A DNA stretch of 64,000 nt. Origin: Zygnema circumcarinatum SAG 698-1b. Lineage: Eukaryota > Plantae > Zygnematophyceae. A model generated the notes under the pieces. That model ran no database searches. It saw only the letters and a list, made by a program, of their open reading frames with translations, and was not told the DNA's origin. Position numbers and translations under genes: made by a program. Position 1 is the first letter of the stretch. Every line of letters begins with the position of its first letter. The DNA lies in NCBI GenBank assembly GCA_037447605.1, contig CM074820.1, forward strand, positions 744,001 through 808,000. The letters are read 5' to 3'. Positions 24,931 to 36,928 of this stretch are shown here, in pieces.

Positions 24931-26445
24931 CTTAGTTCCTTAAGGCCTTACACAGACCCTGGAGGGCCTCCCATGGGCACGCAACTCCACCATGCGCTCC
25001 AAGTTGCCCAACTCTTCTTGGCGCCCGCCGATTGGTCGGTCTCGTACAAGGGCTTTAAAGGACGAGTGCCACGTGGCGCGCTAGGCTGCTTCCAGGTCAA
25101 CTCTGGCGTCGTGGTCGAACGGTCATATTTTGTCGGTTCACTTGTGGATATATTCAGCCACGTGGACGCTCATCATTAGCTGCGCAGATTTTCCACGTCA
25201 GCATAACACTATCCACACCGAAAAAAAAAACATTTTTAGAATGATCCAATCAGAAGTCGTCACGTGGAGTCTCGCAACCTACAGGCCAAACGGTACGGCT
25301 GGTGGTGTTTCGGGCGGGTTAGTTTGTCGTATCAAACTATCAACCCAGGCAGGCGACAACGCCGGCGGCAAAGTCCTGCCGCCTGCCGTCAGTTGCGCGC
25401 CGTCAATTCTGGTCCCAATACGACAAATGCTCCTGCCCGGAAGAGCCAAGTGGCAGACCGTCAGCCGCCGGTTTGAGGCCGCCGGGTCTCGGGTTCGAAC
25501 CGGGCTCATAGAAGTATACGTGACTTCTTCTCATTGGTCCACGTTTCATGACATATGTCTATAGCGAATGGGTGGCCGACCGTACAGAACACGGTCACGT
25601 GGTCTTTGCGTTTTTTGCCCGTTGCAGGATGACACGTGTTTAATGACGTGGTATCAAGGATGAGCTCGGATTGGTGGAATTTTACCATGCTGGCAAATCA
25701 CATTTGTTTTTGGCTCATCAATTTGGAACGGCTACAATAAAGTGACGTGGAAATTCTGTTCCAGTTCCAGTCTTTCAAAATACGTACACGTCTAATACAT
25801 TTCTATGGTACATTCGTATTCAATGAACATTTGCAGCGTACTGTATCATTGTTAGGTTTTCCCTTGAGCCTCGAGGTAAGGCATTCGCCGGCGCGACATC
25901 CGCTGCCTGCCCGAATAAGAATTAAGAATTAAATTCTGCCCGAATCGTTAGCTCTTGTCAGTAATGCCGGTGATCCACCAATAGCGTTCCGTCCTTCACT
26001 GCCCGGAATTCAGAACGTTTTCGCCCTGCCCTGAAACTTTTGACCGCCAATTGAACCAGCAAAAGATTACTGCGCAGAGTGGCGCCACGTGGCGGCCAGG
26101 ACACTCTTTAGCCTGCCCGAAAACGTCAATTCCGGGCATGCTTAAAAACATCCACCAATGACCTTGCCCGACGTGGCTGCCCGAACTCCAATTAGTCCCT
26201 TATTCTGCCCCAAAATCTTGCAATAGTAATAGCAAACAAGTTCCCCTCCCTTTCCGAGTTCTCACTCAAGCATTAGCCAATTGTGACTCGCCATGTCATC
26301 AACGTTTTCCACGTGTCAAGTCCTTTTTGGTCGAGTGCTTCCTCTTCAGGGAAGGTCCAAAACTCATCTGCACTTTCCTTTCCCTCCCTCGCTCCCACTC
26401 TCCCTCCCTCCCTCCCTCCCTCCCTCCCTCCCTCCAGCAGCAGCC

Positions 26446-28668
26446 ATGGCTTCTCTCTGCCACTCCCTCCTCCCCTCCCTCCCTCTCTCCCTACTTCCCA
26501 CCACCAATAGCAGCGCCTCCAAGCGCTTCTCTCAGCCGTCGATTTACGCCTCCGCCTCCTCTCCCACCCCACTCTCTCCCCTCTCCCAACCAGACTCCTC
26601 CCTTTCCTCCCCGTCCAAGCAGGACAAGCCTCTCTCTCTCTCTCTCTCCCTCCCCTCCCTCCCTCTCCGCCTCACAGCTCCGCAGCCCCTCGTGGGGAGG
26701 CGCTGCGTGGTGAGCAAGACGACGGCAGCGGCGGCGGCGGCAGCCATGGGCATGGCCGCGCTGGAGAGGGCGGAGGCGCGCGCCGCCATGGCGGCCGCCT
26801 GCGAGCTCGCTCCCTCTGCCTCGGGGATAGAGTTCTGCGACTCGCTTGTGGGAAGCGGGGTGGAAGCGGAGAAAGGAATGCTTATTAAGGTGCTCTCTCT
26901 CTCTTTCTCTCTTTCTCTTACACACACTCACATTCTTCTCCCCTTTCCCCTGTTCTAGTTGCTCTCCTTTTTTCACGCTTTCTCTCGTTCTCTCATCCGG
27001 CCCCTTTTTCTCCGTCCTTTCTGCGCTCTCTCACTACCCTGCCTCCCTCGCTATGGCTCTCCTTTTTCCCTGCCTCTCCTCCCTTCTCCATTCCTATTGC
27101 TTCCTTGTACCCCCCTCATCTCCTCTTTCCACCCTCTCTCTATCTCTCTCCCCCGTCCCCCTCCCTCCCATTGTTCTCTCCCTCCTACAACCCCCGCATC
27201 CTCCCTCCCCCACACTACCTTCCATCTTCTGTTTTCTTCCTCCCATTCTCCCTGCGCCCTCTCCTCCCCTCCTTGCCACCTCCCTGCTCGACCCTCCCTC
27301 ACTCTTTCGCCTTCCTTCCTCCTCAGACTCCTCGCTTCCTCCTCCTCTCCTCCACTCCTCGCCCCAAGCTTCTTTACCCCTCCCTCCCCCCACCCACCCA
27401 CGCAGTGATTCCTTTCAACTTCGTAGTAATGCGTGCTAGTCCTTAGTTTAGCTCTTACCCATTGGCCATTAGCTATTAGCCCCTAGTTTGCCTTCCATTT
27501 GCTCCACTAATCACCGCATTCCCTTACTTCTTGTCTCTCTTGTGCGCTGGGCTCTTCCCTTGTTGAAGAAACTAAGAGTAAGTTGGTGCCAAGTTGAGTT
27601 GCAGGCCCACTACACAGGGAAGCTCCTTGATGGAACTGTATTTGACAGCAGCTACAATCGTGGCCGCCCCCTTGTGTTCCGTATCGGGGTCGGCGAGGTG
27701 AGTTCTATGCGGTGCTCAGTTCCGTGAAGTATGACTGTACTTGTCGTGCGTGTGGAGCTGTTGTACTTTCTTGTTATCTGTCTGTCAATCGATTGAATAA
27801 AGCTGCGACCAAACGGCGAGCAAGCTGAGTGGCAGGAAAGGAACTTGGTATATCGCGAGATTCGCTCTCGTTTAATCTTGAAATCATGAGATAGAACAAA
27901 CATCGTTTCCAAAAGCAATCCCCTTGATACGTCTTCTTGCCAAACAATACAGACTCAGAAAAAAAGCAATAACCGATAACAATACTCTTCCCCGTCCTCC
28001 CGTTCCCTTCAACCCTCGCTGTGTCTCACACCCCACTCTCTCGCTCTCTCTCCGTCTCTCTCTCCTTCTCTCTCTCTGTTATTCTTTCTCAAGCATGCAT
28101 GCAGACTTCGCCTCATTAGCAAGTTGTGTGTTTGGGCTGTGCCAGGTCATCAGGGGTTGGGACCAGGGAATTTTGGGCACAACTGACATTCCTGCCATGC
28201 TGGCTGGCGGAAAGAGGACATTGAAAATTCCGGCCGAGCTCGCCTATGGAGCTCGAGGGGCGGGATGCAGGGGAGGTGAGGGGGGACAGCTTCCAACTTC
28301 AGGGGCGGGCCTGGAAAAGTGTGGCTGAAACTGAAGGATATGCTTCTCTTGAATGATTTGACCCCGCACCTCCATCTCTCTCTCCTCCCTTTCTCTTCGT
28401 TTTCTTCTCTAGCTTGGTGCTTTGTTGACTGTCATTATTCAGCATGAAGCTTCATCCAAATACTTTTTCGTCAGCGCTGTTTTCGTTCTGAAATTTCCAG
28501 AATCGTTGAGGAGTCAGAACTGCGTTGAGTCCTAAAACCATAGTCTGCATGTCTGTGCTGACGTCAATCCATGTATGGGTGATGGGTGATGGTGCTCCGC
28601 CAGGTTCATGTGTCATCCCTCCGAACTCAACCCTAATTTTCGACGTCGAATTCGTGGCAAAAGCTTAA
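26446..28668 (+). CDS. FKBP13: Thylakoid-lumen FKBP-type peptidyl-prolyl isomerase FKBP13, 4 exons
   Basis: Exons 26446-26889, 27605-27697, 28146-28275, 28604-28668. Bipartite transit peptide with RR motif. AHYTGKL, FDSSYNRGRPL and VIRGWDQGILG. Both cysteine pairs known from FKBP13 are present (CELAPSASGIEFC and CRGGSC). Confidence 0.92.
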
Positions 28669-29835
28669 GTACAGCAAAACAAAGCAAGACCGGTTACAGG
28701 TTTCCGTTAGAGCACATGGAACGAGCTGTCACGGACGCTCGTTGAATAACGCGTCACATAAGCCCTCCCTCCCTCCCTCCCTCCCTCCCTCCCTCCCTCC
28801 CTCCCTCCCTCCCCGTTCGTGCGCACATGCCTTCACAATTTTGTGAGTGAGAGGCATCCCCTCTCTCTTTTCAGGCTGCAATAGCGCGCACAAGGCGTGG
28901 ACGAGTTAGGTTTGTCCAAGGGTCCTAAAGTTAAAGGATCGGATGAGAGGGAGGAGCAGCAGGAGGAGGAGGAGAATTGGGACGCCCAAACGTTTCTACG
29001 TGTTGGGAAAACCTAAAAGTTTCCTCTGTCTGTCTGTGCGAGCTCGTGGACGAGTTGTAAAGAGATAAAAGCGAGCCCTCTCTGTCCACTCAAAGGGGTC
29101 ACATTTGGGGTTCCACTTTTGTACAATAGGCCGTCGATTGCAATTAAATGGACTTTTCTTGTACTCTGCTCTCTGCTCTACCCAATGTTGTGGGCCTGCA
29201 TACGTTTCTTAGAGCTCTCGGGGCAGTTTCGACATACTCATGATGCCGGGATGGATGAATGCATGATGGGGGGCATGCATCTTTGATGAAGGGGAGGATG
29301 AAGCTGTTGTTATGGCGAGGATGATTCTTTTCTTGTTCATGAATCAATCACACATGAATCGAACATTGTACATACAATTCATACCTCCCAAGTTACAACA
29401 CGGCTCGTCCTAGAATCTCAACCCGTACGGTATGTACGGTCGAACGTACACTCATGGAGTACTGTACGGTCACTGCTTGGACCGTACGACCACGGTTCCA
29501 CGTACGTTAACCTGATTCCACTTGTGGCCGATCGACCTGCGCGGATTAAAATTGAGCTTCTGTCGGATCAACTGTTGAACCGCCACAGCCCGCCCCCCCC
29601 TCCCTCTCTCCCCCCCTCCCTCCCTCCCTCCCTCCCTCCCTCCCTCCCTGAGCTGCTGAAGCTCTCTCGGAGGAGGCCTTCCAGGCGTTTTTAGGGTTTC
29701 CTCGGACCTGTCCTCTCGCACTTTATGGCGCATATACTATTAGAAATTCATTCCCCATATTTTGGTGTTCAGCATACTCCAGTCGTTTCCCGAGCCTCTG
29801 CATATTGGTGAAGCAAGAGTAGCCGACACCCAGAA

Positions 29836-32528
29836 ATGAATTATAAACGCGGCGTCGTGTCCGCGCGCAGGCATTGCATTCGTTTGTTGCTTTGTTTGGT
29901 GCTCTTGGTCGGACCTGCATCTTGTTGCGAAGGTGTGGGAGAAGGCATCAAGAAACTGTTATTTAACAGAGGGTTGATCGGCGGAACCAAAGCGAAAGAT
30001 GCAGGGGAGCTGCACGAAGGAAGAGGATTAGGCAGATTATTTGGACGATCACTGTTTTCTGTAGGGGAGCAGCAGAATGTTGAAGCATCTGCTGGGGAGG
30101 TACTTTTCTGGAAGGCCTTTCCATGTATCATAATACTGCGGTAAAGTTAAGGAAAAAAAGAGGGAAAAGAATAATAGCTAACTAAGTATTAAGTACTTGG
30201 CAACTCAGCAACTAACTTCTACAATGACTACCTAGTTACTAAAGTACTTAGTCAACTTACGTTTAATTAATTGGCTAGTTACTCGTGACTGCTTTGTTAC
30301 AGTTTGGATAATTTAATTAAGTGTTACTTAGTCACTTTCAATTCGTCTATTGTCCTTTCTCCCCTTAGCTCATTTTATTAATCCAAGGTCTTACCGCTGA
30401 TTGATCAAGATCAAGATCAAGATCTATCAAGATTCGAGTCATTTTTTATTCCCCCCTTTTTGCTTCTGTATTCCTGCCAAAGAAGATCGCTGCATTGCAC
30501 AGACTTCGGTGATGTTGAAAAGCGCTTTCAGCACAAGCCAGAAAGGCAGAGAATGTGCATAGGTAACTTAAAATGCTATAAGGTGGATGTTCTTCTCTTC
30601 CTCTCGCTGCGCAGGTCGTACCCCCAATCAGCAATGACCCATGGCGGCGCCATGCACCTTCCACGTACAGCTTCCAACCCGTTTTCTTCCACAAAATCTG
30701 CTCAATGAAGCTAGTTTATCACTAAGGAAAAGCTGAGTTGAACAGTTGCGGAAGAGTCTTTGGCATGAGCTGTAGTTGCAAGTCAACTCAGGATTTGAAG
30801 AGTCCATTGCTTTTACCTTGGAACATCTGAACAGAACAAAACCCTTTGTTTCAGCCGAAAGTTGACATCCTTGAGGGAGAGGGAGTCGGGGCTCCATCAG
30901 GCAGCTGAGGGGCCACCAATGTGGACAGACTCTCTATGAGAGGGAGAGGGCTAATGGCTATGGCGGCCATGGCATCATGAGCTGGCAACCGGAGCCAGAC
31001 AGTTTCCTCCTTATGTTGTGCCATCAGGGAGAGGTGAGAGATAGGCGAACAAAAGGTAAAAGGGTTTCCTTCCTCTCTCTCTCCTATCTTTTTCCTTGCC
31101 TCCTTCCCAGGCCCCCTCCTCTCTCCCTCTTTCTCTCTCTGTCTCTCTCGCTCACGCAAACATAACCCCCTTTCCCCCTCCCACACGCAGACATGCGTAA
31201 ACATGCCCACGTGATTCAAACTCTCTCTCTCTCTCTCTTTGTACCTTCAAATTGCAGGTCAGCAGTCGGATGAAATGCATTCGAAATCACCTCCTCTATG
31301 CTGGCCTGCTTAATAGAACCCTTGTTATACCCATGGATCCGTTTGAGGTGCCTGGTAACTATGACTACCAATACCTCTTTGATGTGGGCCATTTCCGGAA
31401 ATGTTACGGTGAGAATACAGTAATGACCACCTCGGAGTATCACGAAAAACATGGTTCGCTCATTTCTGTTGATCGAGTATTTTGCTGGACAGAAAAGTTT
31501 GACTCTTGCCCTGTTCAAAATGGAGTGGATGTAACATTATTTCGCCAGGGATACTTTACAGCCGGCTTTTTCAGTGAAGCCTTGTTAGGGTTGAATACTG
31601 CCATCTTCCCAAAGGAGCTTAGGCTTCACATGGCAGACTTAGGGTTACGAGCTCTAAAAGAAGAGTTTCTGGTGAGGTATCGTCTTCCGAAAGGGAAGAC
31701 TATTCTTTTGGGAGATATGCTCCATACGGAAATTTCGCATGCACCCGAACTCTACCAATCCGGCGATGTGCCATTTTTTAGAAGCTCAATGTGTCCAAGC
31801 TCCCTGGGAATTCAACCTCATGAAGGAGTTTTTTGGGCAGCCCACAACTTTGTGAGGCAGTTTTTGGGGTCGGACTACTTTGGGGTTCATTTGCTTCGAG
31901 CTCCGACTAGTGATCGGTGTGGCCATGGCGATGCCTGCTCCTTTCCAATGCCACAACTTGCAGAGTGTCTGCAAAACAAGATGGGGGAAACAAATATTAA
32001 CACTCTTTTTCTAATAACGGATGCACCTCCTAATCAGGTAGTACCCCTTCTAAGTTTCCCTTCTTTGGGTTTCTTTTTTTTATTTTTTTTCTTTTGCTTT
32101 CCTCCCTGTTCTCTCTTATTCTTCACTTTTCTGCTCCTTCTCACCTCTCTCGTCTTGTCGTGGAAGGGGGGCTTCAGATGACGATTTTTGGAGAAATAAT
32201 GGAAGATGTGAACGGTCGCCCAACGGAAATCGTGACACTTCCGCGGAGTTTCGACATGGAAGGGTGGGCAAAACCCCTCAAGGAGTACGGCCTTGTTACC
32301 GAACGTTCGAGTGACCTGAACCCTCTCTTACTGTCTGCAATAGAGGAGGTTATTTGCTCCTTTGCTGCCATTTTTGTTGGCTCTTCCATGTCTCCTTACA
32401 CTGAAGAAATAGAGAGGCTCAGATCTGGGCTCGGAACCGCCAATTGTGAAGACTCGCTTCTATGTGACGGGGAGCCTCCGTGGGCTAAAGATGACTTCCG
32501 GCTGCAGCCCTTTGAAGAGAGGAATTAG
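29836..32528 (+). CDS. O-fucosyltransferase family protein (plant OFUT36/POFUT2-like); 5' exon structure unresolved
   Basis: Firm exons: ~30901/30977-31033, 31258-32037, 32178-32528. WQPEPDSFLLMLCHQGE-VSSRMKCIRNHLLYAGLLNRTLVIP resembles plant O-FucT N-termini; also GVHLLR and IEEVICSFAAIFVGSSMSPYT. Putative signal-anchor exon at 29836-30099. Confidence 0.65.
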
Positions 32529-33533
32529 GGTTTTGGGTGAGTGACTTTGTGGAGGAGACTGTACAGGCAAGGCTGGGGGGGGGGATGGCATGCATGCATG
32601 CATGCAGGCATGCTCAACCCATGCCATCCCGCAGTATCATTTGTAACCATAGTATACTTTGGCTGCCGTTGATGGGCTCCCGAAGGACGTGGTAGGTTTT
32701 TTTTTAAATTTATGATTCGATGTTTTTATTTCACGTCGGTTTTCTCTCCCTCTCCCTCTCCCTCTCCCTCTCCCTCTCCCGCACCCTCTCCCTCTCCCTC
32801 TCCCGCTCCCTCTCCCGCTCCCGCGATAATTATGGTATTCAATGGCATGTTGCAGTCAAGATATGCGGTACATCATTGTGTACTTTGTCCTTCGTGTTGT
32901 TGTGTCCTTAGATCGTAGGTGCAGACAAAGTGAGGTGGCATTCATTGGTCTCTCGATGCCGACGCCATCTCATGCACAATGACAACTGCATGCTTACAAA
33001 ATCTGCCAAGAAAGTAAGCAAGAAGGTCCCTAGGACGTCCGAGGGAGTTGGTGCCGTCGGGGACCGGCGGGCAGAAGGAAAAAGAGTATGAGAGCCATGT
33101 ATGTGTTGGCGCGCTAACAACCGGTTAACACGCCTCTAGGGACGTAACGCGCGCCGCTTCACATGCTCGCAGTTGCGTTGTTCAGTCAGCCTGTGCGGTT
33201 ACCCTTGCGAGGTGTCAATAACCAGTCGTTGTACCACGCGGGCGCGCTGGTTCGTGTCGTCTGCTTGTTCTCAACGGTCAGTTTGTGACTTCCGATTGGT
33301 CCAATGCCTGGTTTTCCGGCGTCTGTTGGCTGTTAACGCCTGTACTGTATTGTGGACCTTCGCCTCTGAGTGGTGCCGATAGCACAATTTCTTCAGATCC
33401 ACTCTGGACTGACAGATCACTTTAGATTCCTTAAGTTCAATGTCAAGAAGTTCGCAGCGGATCCACCTTTGATCTCTTTCGACAAGAATCTTTCGTTGAA
33501 ATTCATCATCCGTCGTTCAAGGCGAGCGGTTAA

Positions 33534-33583
33534 CCAATGCCGATACGCCACGTACAAATGTCTACGTGGCAGATCACCATTGG
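33534..33583. promoter_or_regulatory. Inverted pair of ERSE-I elements (CCAAT-N9-CCACG) upstream of PDI
   Basis: Perfect matches at 33534-33552 (+) and 33565-33583 (-), about 170-220 bp before the ATG. Confidence 0.7.
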
Positions 33584-33755
33584 CCGAGGCCGGCCTGGCT
33601 CCATTAAGGGCCCAGTCTTCCAAGCCTTTCCGTATGGCCCGAGCGCTTACCTGATTCCTTCGAGGAGGAGGAAGCATATGGTGTCGTAGGGTTGGGCAGA
33701 ATTAGGGTTTTTCTTAGGGTTTTGGAAGCTCCTGCATCTGCATTACAAGCGTGCG

Positions 33756-36700
33756 ATGGCCACTATTTCGCGATATATCGCGGTGACTCTGGTCCTGGTC
33801 GCTGCTTCAGCATGCGCTGCAAGGGCCGGCGAGCATGTGGTGACTTTGGGCGCCTCAAATTTCGATTCGGAGATTCAGAAGCATGACTTCACGCTGGTCG
33901 AGTTCTACGCGCCCTGGTGGGTTGGAAATATGTGGCATTTGGAAAAACGATCTGTCAAAAAAAGTGGTGCCATGCTCGAGATGCAAGCTGATCTCTTAAT
34001 AGATTTTTTTCGTTTGTATGTGCTATTTTAGATGGCTGCTGCAGAGCTTTCTTTTCAAGAATTTTAGTTCCAATCTGCTATGTCTAAGTCTCAGAGCGGG
34101 CCTACCCTGTTAAGCAAAAGCCAATCACAGTCTGCCACGTCCGCGTGTTTGCCACGTGGCAGACTGTCATTGGTCCAATCTTGACTATGGACCCTCCATG
34201 GAGTCCCTCTAAGAGACTGTCTGTCAGTATTTTTGTAATTGAGTGGATGTATGGCTTTTTGCGGGACTTAAATTATCCGCTATTTTTTTTCTTCTTTGTT
34301 TTTCTCGCAAAATCGCCAGCTTTTAAGTCATTGAATTGTGAAACCGCTTCTTTTGCTATTGCTAGAAGGGTCATTGCCGTTAATTTTTGCAACAACTGAC
34401 AGCTTGTATATCGTTATGTTTTCATTGTCGGTGCAGGTGTGGGCATTGCAAGAAACTGGCTCCAGAAGTGAGTTTTTTCTCTCCCTTTTTTGGGTTTTTT
34501 GACCATGATGCATGGATGTTCAGAAAACAGATCCCGACAAAAATAATGCAACGGAGAAGGAGGGCATTGCTCCGCACATTCGTTTGTTTCTGCAGAGTAT
34601 GTAGGTGGCGATTGCATTTGAAAGTCTACTTACATGCCTCGTGGCTCCTCTGCAGTATGAAAAGGCGGCCAAGATTTTGAAAGATGAAGGCTCAGACATT
34701 GTCCTCGCGAAGGTGGATGCCGATAACAAGGAGAACAAGGCGCTCGCGAAGAAGTTCGATATAAAAGGGTTCCCCACTCTTAAAATTTTCCGCAAAGATT
34801 CCGGAATTGAAGACTATGACGGACCCCGAGAAGCTGCCGGCATCGTGAGTGCTGTGAAGAAGCTTGCAGGGCCTCCGACTCGGGAGCTTTTAACAGCGGC
34901 TGATGCCAAGGAGCTTATGGAGTCCTCTTCCGTCTCTGTTGTAAGTAAAGACTTCTCCTCTTTGCTGGGTGTCGAAAGCTGCTTAATGCCGTATGGAGAC
35001 GGGGGGAATCTTTTCAGCTGCAAGAGGGGGGGGGTCCTTCATCCGTTGCTGCTGATAGGGAAGAATGTTGGAGTCATTCGAGGGTTTTGGGGTTTCGTGA
35101 TGATGCAGTGGAGAGTTGGAGAGGGGTGGGTAGAGAGGGAGAGGGAGAGGGAGAGGGGGAGGGGGACGGGGGGAGGGAAGTGCAAGGGATTGGGCGAGAT
35201 GAGAGATGGATTGAGAAGAAAGAGGGATGGAAACGAATCACAATGCGGTAGGTAACAGAGTTCGGTAGAGTGTGAGGAAGTGGAGAGACTTTGAATAAAG
35301 AGAGGCGGACAACACGAGGTGATGAGAGAAAGAGAGGCATTGTGAGGTATAATGAGAGGAGCAATGTAGACATAGGCTGGAGGAAGGGAGGAAAGAGTGA
35401 GAAATAGGGGGCAGAAGAAGAGGGGGGCAGATATCGCGAAAAAGAGGCACGAGAGAGGAAAGGAGAGGACAAGAGACAGATGTAGCCGAGAAAGTAGGAA
35501 GGGGGAAGAAAGTGAGCAAGGGTGAATAGCTCTGAATTCATATGGGGGAGGGGGACCGTGGGGGTGGGGGGAAGGGTGAAATCGAGCCTGCTAGAGAGGT
35601 AGTGAGAGCACATAGGGAGAAGAAAGAAAAGTGTTTCCTGATTTACTGACTATTGGGATGCTTTTATAGGTTGGCGTTTTTGAGGACTTTGAGTCGAAGG
35701 AATTTAAAAGTTTCACTGCTGTCGCGAGTGCTCTCCGCTCGGGACTCAGTTTCGGGCACACCAAAGACCCATCCATTTTGCCGGATAATGGCACTCCTCT
35801 AGTTGCACCTACTGTGCGGCTATACAAAGATTTTGATGAAGGCTTCAATGATATTACAGTAAGTTTTTTTTCGCACCCATTCTACTGCGTCCAGGATGAA
35901 GTTTAGGAAGTTTCAGGGGTGATGCTGTGAAAGTGATGGCGCTGTTGACTGTGGAGAATTAGCTCTTATTGAGTAACGCATATGATTGAAAATTGATGAT
36001 GACTCCACTGTTGCCATAGGGCCAGTATGGTCTCTGTTCTTTTGGACTTGTATGAACTATGTGTTTTGTAAGTAAAGTCATTTTCTGCTGAAATCTAAGG
36101 TACTGAGAATTGGCCGAGCTTGACTTGGTATATTAGTTGTATAAAATGTCAGTAGCGCGAGCAAAGTAGGCTTGATGTGCAAATCTTTCCAATAAGATGA
36201 ACCACGTGCTTTATTGAACAGGTGTTTGAAGAAGAACCTCTGAAGGAGGCATTGGAAACGAAAAGTGTGCCCCTCGTGGTTGAGATGAGCCGTGATGAGT
36301 CTGCAATGAAAGTTTTGATGAAAGTTTTCCAGTCGCCAAAGAGCAAGGTGAGTACAAATTCAGCTGTTTTTACAGATCGATTGGGATTGAAATGTTGGAT
36401 TTGCTTAAATGGGAAAGGTACATTTGAAATCCATTCATTTGCATGGTTCTCTGTTCTCTGTCGAGCCATTCTGTAATTGGGTTATGGTTAGATTTACGTT
36501 TTTAGGTTTACTTTATCGTCTGAACGGGTTTCTGACAGGCAGTGATTCATTGAGGTGCAGGCTCTCCTATTTCTCGACTACAATTCTCCTGAGAAGAAAA
36601 CCTATCAAGAAGCTTACCATGAACTGGCTAAGGCAGGGAAGAACAATGTCAACTTCATCATTGGAGATGGGAAGGAGAACGATCATGCGCTGAAGGTATG

Positions 36701-36878
36701 CAAAAAATGATTTTGTTGCATCCTTTGTTGCTTGGAGGACGAACTAGCCTGCACTTATCAGATGAATTATGTCTCTAGGTGTTGTCTGCAAGAAGCTATT
36801 TTGGAGACCTGTTCGAAGCATGTTAGATGATGCTGTGGTAGCTGTAGGCACTGCTTTTGAAATCTAAAAGAGAGAGAT

Positions 36879-36928
<50 letters not shown>

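Noticed and set aside
25480-25510. tRNA or SINE suggested by GGTTCGAACC (also at ~13743)
   Set aside because: No acceptor stem or convincing A box on either strand.
25533-25543. ERSE-II match ATTGG-N-CCACG
   Set aside because: Single copy in repeat-like intergenic DNA, ~900 bp from a thylakoid gene; no supporting context.
33417-33677. 86-aa minus-strand ORF upstream of PDI
   Set aside because: Overlaps the PDI promoter motifs and has no recognisable homology; probably a chance frame.
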